A DNA stretch of 64,000 nt from the human T2T-CHM13v2.0 reference genome, Homo sapiens: the NCBI RefSeq assembly GCF_009914755.1, contig NC_060946.1; one strand, given 5' to 3'. A program made the position numbers and the translations under genes. Shown here piece by piece: positions 28,758 to 42,478 of the stretch; position 1 is the first letter of the stretch; every line of letters begins with the position of its first letter. Below the pieces are notes generated by a model. It saw nothing but the letters and a program-made list of their open reading frames with translations. It searched no databases and was not told the DNA's origin.

Positions 28758-29357
28758 GGGGTGGCGCATGCCTGGACCTGGGAGGTCCCTGCTGGGCTTC
28801 ACCCTGGGTGGGTCCTAGGAGCTCCTTCCTCCTAAGTCCCCCTAAAGAGACAGAGGCATTCTGGGGTCCTAAATCTGTCATGCCCCCATAAATGCATTTC
28901 TACAAGGGCCAATAAATGAACCCCAGGTTTATCCAAGCAGCAGCTTCAGGCGTCTGCAGACACAGAGCGGGGAGGAATTAGCCAACCTGAGGCACCCTAG
29001 AAGGGCTGAAGGGGGCTGAAGGGGACTGAAGGGTCCCTGTGGGGCCTGTGGTCCTGGGGAGGGGAGAGCTGGGGTGTCTCCCAGCCACTCTGGGCCCTGT
29101 CCTGACACTTCTCCCACAAAGAAGGGAAGGGAAATCCTGGGACCCCACAGCCAGGACCAACCGTGAACCACAGGACAGGAAGGACAGGGACCCCCAAGGC
29201 TGGCTCCATTTCCCAGGCACTGTCATGGGCTGAGTCTCAGGAAATCCAAGTCAAGGAGTTTCAATCCCCCTGGCTGAGCCCCACTGTCCAAGGAAACAGA
29301 AGTCTACGGGCCCAGGCCCAGGTGAGGGTGGGGTAAGAAGAGGAGCTTAGGATGCAG

Positions 29358-29365
29358 ATTTGCAT
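29358..29365 (+). promoter_or_regulatory. Ig octamer (IGLV2-5 promoter)
   Basis: ATTTGCAT followed by GC box CCCCGCCC and GTAAGA. Confidence 0.85.
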
Positions 29366-29419
29366 GGAGGCCCCGCCCTCCTCTGAGGCATCAGGGTAAG
29401 ACAAGGCTGGGGGCAGGCC

Positions 29420-29514
29420 CAGTGCTGGGGTCTCAGGAGGCAGCGCTCTGGGGACGTCTCCACCATGGCCTGGGCTCTGCTCCTCCTCACCTCCTCACTC
29501 AGGGCACAGGTGAC
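29420..29514 (+). ncRNA. miR-650 paralogous hairpin overlapping the IGLV2-5 leader
   Basis: AGGAGGCAGCGCTCTGGGGAC (29435-29455) versus recalled miR-650 AGGAGGCAGCGCUCUCAGGAC; seed identical; expression unknown. Confidence 0.5.
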
Positions 29515-29974
29515 GCCTCCAGGGAAGGGGCCTCGGGGACCCTTGGGCTGATCCTTGGTCTCCTGCTCCTCAGGCTCACCTGGGCCCAGCACTGACTCAC
29601 TAGAGTGTGTTTCTCCCTCTTTCCAGGCTCTTGGGCCCAGTCTGCCCTGATTCAGCCTCCCTCCGTGTCCGGGTCTCCTGGACAGTCAGTCACCATCTCC
29701 TGCACTGGAACCAGCAGTGATGTTGGGAGTTATGACTATGTCTCCTGGTACCAACAGCACCCAGGCACAGTCCCCAAACCCATGATCTACAATGTCAATA
29801 CTCAGCCCTCAGGGGTCCCTGATCGTTTCTCTGGCTCCAAGTCTGGCAATACGGCCTCCATGACCATCTCTGGACTCCAGGCTGAGGACGAGGCTGATTA
29901 TTAGTGCTGCTCATATACAAGCAGTGCCACTTAACCACAGTGGTCCAAGTTCTTGGGGAACTGAGACGAAAACC
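29465..29974 (+). pseudogene. IGLV2-5: IGLV2 pseudogene
   Basis: Leader exon is 45 nt (1-nt deletion). V exon from 29627 reads [45 protein letters not shown] at 29902-29904 replaces Tyr before the second Cys. RSS CACAGTG 29936-29942, 23 nt, ACGAAAACC. Confidence 0.92.
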
Positions 29975-30695
29975 TGCCCTGGGCTCTCAGGCTCCCTTTT
30001 TGCTCTGAAGATGTTTCCTCACCCAGTGCAACGGGCTTCCTGAAGCACAGCCTTGAGAATTCTTCTCCCTCAGCAACTCTCTTTTCCCACCATGAAATCC
30101 AAAGGAAACCTGCTCTGTGGTTTCTCATCCAGGACAGGGACAGCTTCCTTTTGCTTGTGTGTTGTGGTCCCTGAGTGGGTGCAACTCTTCCTAGCTTTTT
30201 AAATTATGGGAGGGTGACAATGAGCTCCCTGACTGGTGCAGTCCCTGCTGTTTTCAGGAACATCCTCATCCTAAATGCATCTGAATCTCCCACTGTGTGC
30301 AGACCAATCTGGACAGATGTTATTAGGGGGAGTTTCCAGAAGCCACATCTTACTCAACTCTGTATCCACCACACTCTGGTGAAGATGCTTTTTTGGTGCC
30401 CATCCTCTTGGGTAAAGTCCACTCTCTACTCATGACAGCCATGTGTCCCATCTTCTGAACTTGGGAAATTGCCACACCAAACCCTCAGGCTCAGGGCCCA
30501 CATAGGAGCTCAGAAAGACGCACTGGGAAATGGAGAAGAGATCTGCATCCACCCCTCAGTGGAGAGACACCTAACTAGATAATAAGATAAGGAAGTAGGT
30601 TTGCATGATGAGTCTCCCCTTCTTATGATAAGAGAGACCTAGAGACCCCCTTCTCAGGTGTGCGCTCAGAGGCAGAACTCTGAAGCATCTCCACC

Positions 30696-31216
30696 ATGGC
30701 CTGGACCCCTTTCCTGCTCACCCTGCTCACTCTCTGCACAGGTGCTGCTTCCCAGGGCTCAACCCCCACAGCACCAGGGAACAGCCTGGCCCTGACTTTC
30801 AGCTCATCACGGCAGTGATGCAGGGTATGGCACTCTGAGAATGAGACCCTCATCTTCAGACTCACCTCTCCTGTCCTCGCTTGCAGGTTTTGTGGCCTTC
30901 TCTAAGCTGACTCAGCTGCCTGAAGTGTCTGTGGCTTTGGGACAGATGGCCAGGATCACCTGCCATGGAGAGGACTTAGAAAGCTATTATGCACACTGGT
31001 ACCAACACAAGTCAGTCCAAACCCCTAATCTCATTGTATACAATGATAGAAAGCTGTGCTCAGAGATCACTGAGCGATTCTCTGGTTCCTGCTCAGGGGG
31101 AACAGCCACACTGACCATTACTGGGGCTCACGTTGAAGACGAGGCTATTTTTGTTTTTCTGGAGATAAAAACACATTCATAGTGACACAGACAGATAGGG
31201 AAGTGAGGCACAAACC
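30696..31216 (+). pseudogene. IGLV3-4: IGLV3 pseudogene
   Basis: Leader 30696-30741; V exon from 30887 is open until EDEA, then frameshifts. Heptamer mutated to CATAGTG (31178-31184), nonamer GCACAAACC. Octamer variant GTTTGCAT at 30599. Name from gene order. Confidence 0.87.
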
Positions 31217-32176
31217 CCATCACCATCTGTATCACTCTCTTTCTTAAGCCCCAGGAGTATTGTGGACAAAGTCGTGAGCAGGGTTAGCCCAGCTCAGCTG
31301 GATGTGTGACCCCGAGGCACCTTTCACTCTAGTCATCCAGGAAGGCTCTACAGAGGGTGGGTCAGGAGAAAATTTGGGGCTGAAAACTAAGCTGTCCTGG
31401 TGTTGTTTAGCTAGGTATGAATTGGCTTAAGATGACCTGACTGGTAGGACAGTCACAGCAAGATAACCATTGAGTAATCATGTTGCCTGGATTTCCTTTT
31501 GTTTAATGACCAAACCTAAGGTAGCTCTCTGGTCCAAAATGCCCTGGATTAGTCCCCTGGACTCCTCATTCTTTAACTGAGACCTTTGATCCCAGCTGTC
31601 ATGGCATCATGATGTCGTGAACAGGGAAGTCCATTGTAATGGCAACTGTGACATCAGGGGTCATTTACCCACTATCTACCCAAGGCCGCAGGGAATCCTT
31701 GGCTTCTCACAGCTTTTTCTCACCGGAAAATGCCATTGAGTGCAGAGTACTGTGTCTTCCAAGGATGTGCCCCCTCCATAATGTGGTTTGGGAGCAATGA
31801 TTGCCTGATGCCTAGATTCCAAAGCCATGCTTTAATTCAGGATGACCTTGAAGTGCCTCCTGCTGAGTGCTCAATTGTAACACATTCCCAGAAGAGCCTC
31901 CCACACTTATTTTCTGGGACTATATACCCGAACCCTACTGCATGGAATTCAACCTCTCAGAGTAACTTTCCAAGAAACCCAAAAATTAAAAACTAAACAA
32001 CAACAAGAAAACAATATAGAGAGAAGAGTATCAAAGAAAAGCAAGTTGTACAAAGAGAGAACTCTGGAGTCTTCAAATATTAATAAGCATCAAGCAGCAC
32101 ATGTGTGGACGGAAACTCCATTTTCAGACAAACAGCAGTCCAAAGACACTCGCGGGAACACTCCACAGAGCATTCT

Positions 32177-32177
32177 T

Positions 32178-32236
<59 letters not shown>
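32177..32236. repeat. Compound (CT)n(CA)n microsatellite
   Basis: Direct inspection. Confidence 0.95.
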
Positions 32237-32242
<6 letters not shown>

Positions 32243-32791
32243 AAATATGAATCCTGCTTGTTCCTACAGTCACAGAGGAAAGGCCTGAGTTAAGGAGCAT
32301 GAGGTCGAATCCTCGGAACAGCTTTGCCTCAGTCCTGGAGAAAATGTCAGCCTAGACAATAGGCTGGTCTGGTCTCAACTAAGTAAGTTAAAAAGCAAGT
32401 TTTAAAAAGTACCAAGTTTCCGAGTAATTATACTAAATCCAAGAATAAAAGACCAAATAGACAGAGAAGTGCAAGTATATTCTAAATCCAACAAGGAAAA
32501 ACTCAAAATGTCTAGCACCTATCAGATTTCCTTGCAAGAACCAAGAAAATACATGCTATAAAAAGCAGAAAAGTTCATCAGTCCAAAGTCTCCCTGAAAT
32601 TGCACAGATGATAGACTTTGTAGGAAGAATACAAAAGCGATACTTATAACTATCTTCCACTTGCTCAAGAGGGTACGGGATTGATTGAACATGTTAAGTG
32701 GAGACACGGTAGACATAAAAAGATCAAAGTTGAACTTACAGAAATTACCTCTAAAATGTCCGCGATAAAAATAAATACATAAATAAATAAG

Positions 32792-33078
32792 GGCCAGGCA
32801 TGGTGGCTAATGCCTGTAATCTCAGCATTTTGGGAGATCATGGTAGAAGGATTATTTGAGCCCAGGAGTTTGAGAACAGCCTGGGTGACACAGGGAGACC
32901 CTGTCTCTACAAAAAAATAACAAAATCAGATAGATGCATGGTGCACACCCATGGTCCTAGCTACTTAGGAAGTGGTGGAAGAATTGCTTGAGCTCTGTAG
33001 GTCAGGATGGCAGTGACCTGTGATCATGCCGCTGAACTTTGGCTTGGGTGATAGAATGACACCGTCTCAAAAAAAAAA
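32792..33078 (+). mobile_element. AluJ-like
   Basis: Diverged dimeric Alu with A tail. Confidence 0.85.
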
Positions 33079-33649
33079 TGTCTGAGAATAATTGTAGATT
33101 AGCTCCCGCAAAATAATAGATTACTGAACCTGAAGATATAACAATGAAGCTCTTCAAAATGAAACACCAAAAAAGAGAAGATAAAAAATTACACTGAGCA
33201 TCAATGAGTTTTACGACATCTTCAAGGAGCCTTAATTGTATAATTAAATGAACTAAAGGAGACAAGATTGGTGGAGGGAGAGGGAGGGTACAAAAACCAC
33301 TTAAAGAAATAAGGAAAAACGTGCAAAATTTGGTGAAAACTATAAACTTATGATTTCACATAGTTTAACACAACCCAGACACCCACACACAAACACAAAC
33401 ACACAGACATCATATACACAAAAAAACACACACATAAAGAAAACATCAACACCCGCCATAATCAAATTGCAAAAAAAAAAAAAACAAAAACAAAAACAAA
33501 AAAAAACTGTGATGGAGAAATGCTCTTAAAAGCAGCCAGAGAGAAAAGACATGTTTGATGCAGGTGAACACCATAATGATGAGAGTAGCTTTCCCATTAG
33601 AAACAATACAAGCAAGAAGGCAGTGGAGGTACATTCATAAAACTTTTTA

Positions 33650-35450
33650 AAACTTACTACGCACAGCATTGTACATATTCAGTGTAATCCCTATCAAAAC
33701 ACCGATGTCATTCTTCACAGAAATAGAAAAAAAAATCAATCTTGAAATTTATATGGAATTACAAAAGACACTGAATAGCCAAAGCAATAGTGAGCAAAAA
33801 GAATAAAGCTGCAGGTGTCACACCACTTGTTTTCAAAATATGCTACAAGGATATAGTAACCCAAATTATACTATACTGTTTTATAGTATAAAACAGACAC
33901 AGACCAGTGTAACAGAATAGGAAACACAGAAATAATCCACATATTTACAGACAACTGGTTTTTGTCAAAGGCACCAATAACATACATTGGTTAAAAGACA
34001 GCCTTCTTGGTGCTGCTGAGAAAACTGGACATTCACAGGCACAAGAATTAAAATAGACCTCGATCTCTCACCACATACAAAAGTGAATTCAAACTGGATT
34101 AAAGACTTAAATGTAAAACTTGACACTACTAAACTACTAGAAGAAAACACAGGGAAAATAGGGAAAATGCTTCCGGACTTATGTGTAGACAAAGATTTTA
34201 TACCTAAGCTTTCAAAAGCACAGGCGACAAAAACAAACATAGACCAATGGAGCTACATTAAACTAAAAGTTTCTGCTCAGCAAAGAAAACAATAAGCAAA
34301 GTAAAGAGACAACTTGTAGAACAGGAGAAAATATTTACAAACTGTTCATCTGGCAATGGATTCACATACAGAATAAGACAATAAGACAAGAAAGCAAAAC
34401 AATTCAACAGCAAAAAAAAAAAATGCCAAATAATACCATTAAAAAGAGGTCAAAGAATTTGAATAGACATCCCTCAAAAGAAACATACAAATGGCCAAAG
34501 GGTGTATTTTTTAAAATGCTCAACATCACTAATCATCAGGGCAATGCGAATCAAAATCACAGTGAGACATCATCTCACCCCAGCTAGAGTGACTAATATC
34601 AAAAAGACAAAACATAACACATTCTGGCAAGAACGCAGTGTAAAGGAACTCTTATACACTGTTATATACTGTTGGTGAGAAGGTAAATTTTAAATTAATA
34701 CGGCCATTATGAAAAACATGATAGTGTTTCAGAAACACTAAAAATAGACTATCATCATACAATGCAATAATCCCACTACTGGGTATTTAATCACAGGAAA
34801 AAACGTCAGTATATCTAAGGAATTCCTGCACTCCCACGTTTACTGCAGCACTATTCATAATAGCAAAGCTATAGAATCAACCTGTTTTCATCAACAGATG
34901 AATGCATAAGGAAAATGTGGCATGCATACACGATGAAATACTTTCCAGTCATAAACAAAAGAATGAAATCTTATCCTCTGCAGCAACATGATGGAACTGG
35001 AGGTCATTATGTTAAGTGAAATTAGCCAAGCACAGAAAAACAAATGTCACATGTTCTCTCTCATGTGGGAGCTAAAAAAAGCTGATCTCATGGAGGTATA
35101 GTGTAGATTAATAGTTACCAGAGAGGCTGGGAAGGGTTAGGGGTTGTGGGGATGAGGGGTAGTTGGTCAATGGGCACAAACATACGGTTACATAAAAGCA
35201 ATAAGGTCTATTGTTGTATATCACACAGCAGAGTGAACATAGTTAACATAATTTATTGTACATTTCAAAATACATAGAAGATTTGAAATATTCCCAACAT
35301 ATAGAAATGACAAATGCTCAAGGTGATGGATATCCTAAACACTAATTCGATCCTTACATACTGTATTCATGCATCAAAATAGCACGTGTACCCCATAAAC
35401 ATATACAATTATAATGTATCAGTAAAACATGTTCTTTAAATTAAAAAAAA
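33650..35450 (+). mobile_element. L1 (L1MA/PB-type) 3' ORF2 and 3'UTR, inserted in older L1 sequence
   Basis: ORF 34083-34295 NSNWIKDLNVK...LLEEN is ORF2p C-terminal-like; typical L1 3'UTR. Confidence 0.85.
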
Positions 35451-35871
35451 CTGTCAATTCTGAATTCTTTACTCAGTGAAAATATCTTTCAGAAGGGAAG
35501 GCAAAATAAAATGGTTTTAACCATAAATATACTTGCACTATTCATGACCTGCAGACACACACTATAGAAAATAATAAAGAACACTTCTCAGATAGAAAAT
35601 CATACTAAAGATGTGACTCTGAATAAAGAAAACAAAAACATCAAATATAGTAACTACATAAAAACATATAGAAATGGTAAATAAACATAGATATAAACGA
35701 CTTAAATTACATTACAAAACAACTAGACTTAATAGACAACTATAGAACAGTCCATCCAACACAGCAGAATACATAATAATCTCAAGTGCATATGGAACAC
35801 TCTCCAGGGTAGAACCTGCAAAAAAAAAATGAGTACCTTAAAAAAATAGAAAATCTATAAAGTATATTCTT

Positions 35872-37634
35872 TGTGTTACTTCACTCTTGTATTGCTATAA
35901 AGAAGTACCTGAGCTTGGGTAATCCATAAAGAAAAGAGGTTTAATTGGCTCATGGTTATGCAGGCTCTACAGGAAATCTGGTGCCAGTATCTGCTGCTGG
36001 TGAGGGACTCAAGAAGCTTACAATTATGGTGGAATGTGAATGAGGAGCAGGCATGTCACATGGTGAGAGTAGGAGAGAGAGAGGTGGAAAGTGCCACACT
36101 CTTTTAAACAACCAGTCTCACATGAACTGGGAGCAACAACTCATTGTCATGAGGGCAGCACCAATTTATTCACGAAGGATCCACGTGGCCCCATGACCCA
36201 AACACCTCCCACTAGGCCCACCTCAACACTGGCAGCTACATTTCAACATAAGATTTGGATGGGACAAATATTAAAAGTATATAATTCCACCCCTGGCCCA
36301 CCAAATCTCATGCCTTTCTCACATTGCAAAATGCAATAATCCCTTCTCAATAATCCCCCAAAGTTCTAAGTCGTTCCAGCATCAAGTTTAACATCCTAAG
36401 TCTCATCTGAGACTAACCTCCTGTCACCTATGAGCCTGTAGAATCTAAACAAGTTATTTACACCTAAGATGCAATGGTGGTACAGGCCTTGGGTAAACAT
36501 TACCATTCCAAAAGGGAGAAAACAACCAAAAGAACAGGCCCCACACAAGTCCTAAACCCAATGGTGCAGTAATTAAATTTCAAACTTCCACAGATCTCTA
36601 GGGCATGAAAAGAATTCAGCCAAGCTTTTTACTAAGGCATCACAAGGGTGAACTTTGCTCCAGTTCCCAATAACTATCTCATTCCATCTGAGACCTCAGC
36701 AGCCTGGACTTCACTGTCCGTATCTCTATCAGCATCTTGGTCACAACCAGCTGACCAGTCCCCAGGAAGCTCCAAACTTTCCCTCATCTGTCTGTCTTCT
36801 TCTGAGCCCTCTAAGCTCTTCAAACCTGTACTTTTTACCCAGTTCCAAAGCTGCTTTCACATTTGCATTATCCTTACATCAACAATCTACTTTTGGTACC
36901 AATTTTCTGTGTTCTTTCATTCTTGCATTTTTATAGCACCTTTATAGCACCGCTATAAAGATGTACCTGAGGCTGGGTAATGTATAAGGAAAAGAGGTTT
37001 AATTGGATCACTGTTCTGCAGGCTGTATAGGAAGTATGGTGCCAGCATCTGCTTCTGGTCAGGCCCTTAGGAAGCTTACAAAAATGGTGGAAGGTAAAGT
37101 GAAACCAGGCATGTCACATGGCAAGAGAAACAAAAAGAAGAAAGAGAGAAAGGAAAGGAAAGGAAGAGAGGGAAGGAGGGAAGAAAGAAAGAAGGAAAGA
37201 AGCAAAAAAGGAAAGGAAAGAAACAAAACAAAAGGAAGAGGAAGGAAGGAAGAGAGAGAGAGAGGAAGAAAGAAAGAGAGAGAGAGAGAAGAGATGAGAC
37301 GAGACGGGGGGGAGAGAGGCAGGGAAGGAGAGAGGGAGGGAGGAGGAAGGAGGGAGAGAGAGAGAGTGAAAGAAGAAAGAGAGAAAGAAAGAAAGAGAGA
37401 AAGAAAAAAAGAAAGAAAGAGAAAGAGAGAGAAGAGTGGGGAAGTGCCACACTCTTTTAAACAACCAGATCTTGTTTAAACTAGTGGTTAGAATTCATTC
37501 GTTATTATGAGGACAGCAGCAAGCCAATCATGAAGGGTCAGCCCTCATGACCCAAACACCTCCTACTAGGCCCACCTCCTACAGTGGAGTTCATCTTCCA
37601 GCATGAGATATGGAAGGAATAAACAATGATATCA
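35872..37634 (+). mobile_element. MST MaLR provirus: LTR, internally deleted int, LTR
   Basis: Two MST LTRs (35872-~36284 and 36908-37634) share 'gctataaaga.gtacctgag...aaaagaggtttaattgg' around ~620 bp of internal sequence. Confidence 0.8.
37125..37440. repeat. GA-rich polypurine low-complexity tract inside the 3' MST LTR
   Basis: About 315 nt of almost only A and G. Confidence 0.9.
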
Positions 37635-40061
37635 TCCTCTGAACACTGATATTGAAAAATAAAAGGTATTATATGAGAACACTGTGAAAAGCTGCATACC
37701 AAAAATTAGATGAAAAGAAAAAATCCCTAAAAACATAAAAACTACTAAACTGGCTCAAGGAGGTATAGAAAGTCTGATTAACACTATAACAAGAGTTTAA
37801 ATTAGTCATTGAAACCTCCCACAAAGAACGGCCCAGGCATGAAGGGTTTCATTGATGAATATTATGAACTGTTTAAGGAATTAATAATAATTATTCATAA
37901 ACCCTTCCAAAAATATAAGAAAGGGGAACATGAGCAGCTCATTCTATGAGGCCAGAAGTATGCTGATACAAAAACAAAAGACATGAAAAGTGAACTGGAG
38001 CACAACAGCCTCTATGAAAACAGATGCAAAACAACCACACTTCAACAAAATACTAGCAAAATATAAAAAGGATTAAACACCATAACTAACTAGTATTCAT
38101 CCCCAATATTCAAGGGATTCTTAACCTATGGAAATTAATTATTTTAATGCTCCCTATTAAAGAATAAAACCACATGGTTATTTCAACAGTCACATCAAAT
38201 GTTTTCATGTACGCAGACAGGACTTCCTGTTGTTTTCCCATTCCTGTTAAAGCATCATAAAAGGCACGATTTGTGGTGCTACTGGATGGGGTGCTACTTC
38301 ATGCAAACTGGATATGTCATGTCCAACCATGAATATACTTAGCCATAAATGCTAAAAGATTGTAATTTGGTGTCAGAGACTTGGTGGTCAGTGACCACTT
38401 CCTTGGCAAGTGGTAAGTACAGACATCTGAAAGGATAACTAGGATTTAGGTAGGTATTGGATAAGGAGGTGAGTTACACACAGAAAAAGTTTCACTTAAA
38501 AACTCATAGACGCTTGAACACAGAAGATGGCTCAATAGGTCTGAGAAATAAACAAAGTCCAGAATAACTGGAGCTGAATGGAAACAAGGCAAATGACATG
38601 AACCATCTGTTTCTCTCTCGACAACTCACTGGGGCATTGTCTCCTCCCTATACCACCCACGTGGATTGTAAAAACATCTGTTCTTAAAACTTTCTTGTGC
38701 ATCATGACAGCATGTAGCACCTGAATCCAGCTCAGTTAAATGAGGGCAGGACAGTCAACCACAAAACCCAGGTGGCCCAGGAAGCACATCAGGGAGACAA
38801 GACCTTGCTGTCAAAAGCAGAGGAAGTGAGATTTTCCATTGTGGCTAAGCCCAGAGCATATGAAATTTCAATGGGTACACAAAAACCATATAGGGTTTGG
38901 TTAAGCTGCAGATGCAGTCTTTGCAGGTTTGAATGGGGCCCCAGATTCTCCATGGCAAATAGCCTCCAGTTGAGGTTGATTGATGCTGGTCCTCCAAGGA
39001 ACACACTTTGGGTGGCTTAGCTCCTATGCACCCTCCTCACTCATGCACAGCTGAAACTCACCTACATAACGCACCTTCTGAGAAGCATAAGTGACCTATT
39101 TCTCCTCCACTAATGTGTCTCAGTCCCTTTTACTAAAAAGGAATATCTGAAGTTGGGTAATTTGTAAAGAAGCAAAGGTTTATTTGGGTCATGCTTCTGA
39201 TGTCTGTAAAGTTCAACAGTGGGCATCTGCATCCAGTGAAGACCTCAAACTGCTTCCACTCCTGACAGAAGGTGAAGATGAGCCAGTGTGTGCAGAAATC
39301 AATTGGAAACAGAAAGCAAGTTCTTTCCTAAAAATACTGCAGGAGTTTAATGATCATATTTACAAAGTGTTTAACACAGAGCCTGACACACCCTAGCTGC
39401 TCATGAGTTGGCAGCAATTATTGCTGATGTCATTCATGAAAATTGGACCTCAGATGGAGAAACTGCAGTGCAGAGAGTTTGAGAAGTTTAGGGACAAGAA
39501 AGACTTAGTGACTTAAAATCGAGTTCTAGGAACTGAGGAGAGCATCCCTGGGCATTTTACTGCCATCTTTTCCAATGTCTCAGAAACTGTTTCAATGTGA
39601 CGTCAACCAGAGAGGAAAGCAGAGGGGTTTGCAGAACCAGGGGCTACAACTTCATCCACGGGAGAGTGATGTAGTAAGCGGGTGGGAAGGGGCAGCTGAG
39701 CTCATCTGAAGGGTGTTTAAGGTTTTCTGGCCCAGGGATCTTTGGCCATCTCTCCCTGCCCAGGGCCTCATTCTTCCACTGACCGGCAGGAGCTGGAGAG
39801 TGGCTTCTGAGTCTGGTTAGAGATCCCAGCAGCACCCAGAGGGGGAAGACATTGGAGAGACGGGTCTAAGGTCACTGGAGACACTGTTTGCTGCCTAGAG
39901 GGCTGCGACAGGCTCCTTGAAAACAAAATTCAGACACTTTAGGGGAAGAAAACACAGGATGGGAAGGCTCCTCACCAGGGGATTGTGGATAACAGAGACC
40001 AAAGCATCTACAAGGAGCCCAGCCCTACTGGAGGTGCCCTGAACACAGAGATCCTAGGGGT

Positions 40062-40525
40062 GTCTGTATTATTTTGCCAGGGCTGCCATAGCAAAGTAGC
40101 ACAGCCCTATGGCTCAAAGAACACAAATGTATTTTCTCACTATTCTGCAGATGATGTTAGAATCTAAGATGAAGGTATCTACAGGGTTGGCTCCTTCTGA
40201 GCACTGGAGAATCTGTTCCATGCCTCTCCCAGCTTCTGCTGGCTGCGGAGGTGTTTGCTGTTCCCTGCCATGGAGGGAAATCACCCCAATCTCTGCCTCA
40301 CATTCAAATGGAGTATTCCTCATGTGCGTGTCTGTGTCACAGTTTCCCCTTTTTATAAGGACATGAGTCGTGTTGGATTGGGTACGTACTCTGCTGCAGT
40401 ATGACCTTTTCTTAACTAATTTCAACTGTAATCACCCTATTTAAATATAAAATCCCACTCTGAGGTCCTTGCAGTGAGGACTTCATTATACAAATTTGAG
40501 GGGACTGAAATTCAAATTCCTAACA
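40062..40525 (-). mobile_element. MLT1 MaLR LTR
   Basis: 'agggctgccatagcaaagtagcacag...ttcccctttttataaggaca...aggacttca'. Confidence 0.75.
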
Positions 40526-41779
40526 GTGTGTCTGCCATGACTCAGGCCTCTCCTTGGGGCTCTGCAGGTGGGATGTGCACCACCAACCTCTCAGGTGGGG
40601 CATTACCTGACAGCCCAGAAGGACCCCAGGCCCTCTGAAAAATGACGTCTCTTTCATCCACCTTGAGGGACATGTTTTCTGGCTGTCCTTCTCATCCTTT
40701 GCATGCTGACATGGGAGACATCATCCTCTGCTTTTTAAAGAAGGACTCCTTCACCTTCCCAATCACCCCAAGTAGATGCCCATGCTGGTTCCACAGAATC
40801 AAACCACGGTGGGTTACGAGTTATATTAGCCACCAGCTGACAATATTCCCTGAATGTCCAGGATCCACCCATGCTCTCTGACCATCACCAGAGTGAGCAA
40901 ATCTCTGATATGTGGGTAAGAGTTTCTCCCATGGGCTCCCAGCCGGGCTGTAAGTGAGGCAAGACCCCTTCTTCAGTGCACGGGGCTCAGTGCAGCTGCC
41001 TCCCTGACCAAGTCTTCCTGGGACACTAAGCTTATCAGTTTCTCTCCCCCAGGGACAGTTTTTGGTTGTCCTAAGCCTAGCTCAGCTCTGCTATGAACTT
41101 TGCATCCTAAGAGCCCATTAAACACCCCCTTGTGCCTCAATGGAATAACCTGGAGTAAATAGTGTGAGGTGCCCCTGCTTTCTGCTCCCAGGGCCTCTTC
41201 TCCTCGGTGGCACCAGCACTGCCCTATTGACCAGCAATCCTCACCTGCCCATTCAGGCCTCTACACTGCCTACCGTGAACAGTCACAGATCACAAACTGA
41301 TTGCCAAATTTGTGCAGATCATCTTGACAGTTTCTGTGGAACTGGGTGCCTTCTCATAGAACCAGGAAGTCACAAGCCAGGCCAGCTCTAGAGAAGCAAT
41401 TGGGGGAGTAACATGCATCACAGCGCCTGGACACAACAAAGGGATTTTGCTGTAGTCCTACTAGGACACATCCTAGTGATGTCTCTGAGAACCAGTCTTG
41501 GTCCCTGCAACAGAAAGCCTACTAAACAGGACAGTAGGCTGCGAGGTTGGGCACAATTTGTGCCGTGTGTGAGCCATGTAGATTGTGCATGTGTGTATGT
41601 GTGTACATATGTGTACATGTGCATTTAGTGTTGCAAGGAAGGGTTGTGTCAAATGTCCCAACTCAAAACTTTTCTGTTTTCCTAAGTTATCTGCTTCTAT
41701 CTTTACTACCTTTGTACTATCATAAGAATAAGGATAATGATTAGGGTTGAAATAGGAGAAGGAATAATGTTTAATTATT

Positions 41780-42040
41780 CATTCTTATGTGTTTAATACA
41801 TATCAAGCACTCTTCAAAACAATTCATATTTATTAAATCACTCAATACGAACTACTCCATGAGCCAAATATTGTCATTATCTCTCCATTTCCAGTTGGAG
41901 AATCTGTGATACAGATTTTGACACATGGGAAAGCTAAGGCAAAGAAAGGAAAAGGACTTTGCCCGATGTCAGAACTAGAAAGTGCCTGACCCAGGAGCAG
42001 AACCTGAGTCTTCCAGTCCCAGAGACCCTGTTCTTTAACA
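41780..42040. mobile_element. MIR-like SINE
   Basis: 'atctctccatttccagttggagaatctg...agaacctgagtcttccagtcccaga'. Confidence 0.5.
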
Positions 42041-42189
42041 ACAGCCTGTGGGCCTGTCACTGTGCTTTAAGGTAAAGCACTGACATCTCCCTAAGACTCC
42101 AGAAAGTTCTCTGTACTTTTTGAATCAAGTAACTCATACTTGCAGTGATTTCCAATGCAGTAGGAATTCTCTGGTGCTGAGGAGTCTAC

Positions 42190-42478
42190 TAGGAATATAA
42201 TTTCAATGCCTTTAAAATTTTTCAGTAGCCACATTTTAAAAGTAATAAAGAACGGGTGGAAGCAACTTTCGTACTATATTTTCTTTAACTGAGCTTACCC
42301 AAATATTATTTCAATATGTAATCAACATAAAAATATTGAGATATTTTATGTTATTTTCCTACAACCTTTTTGAAATCCGGTGTGTTTTACCCCCACATCA
42401 CATCTTAACTTGAACTACCCACATTTTAAGGACTCAGAAGCTCCCTGGGACTCATGGTTGCTATACTGGACAGAGCAG
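42190..42478. mobile_element. MER33/MER3-like hAT DNA transposon
   Basis: 'ttttcagtagccacattttaaaag...gaaatccggtgtgtttta...ggttgctatactggacag'. Confidence 0.65.

Noticed and set aside
37003-37479. Lys/Arg/Glu-rich ORF and its antisense Phe/Leu/Ser-rich ORFs
   Set aside because: Artefact of the GA-rich tract.
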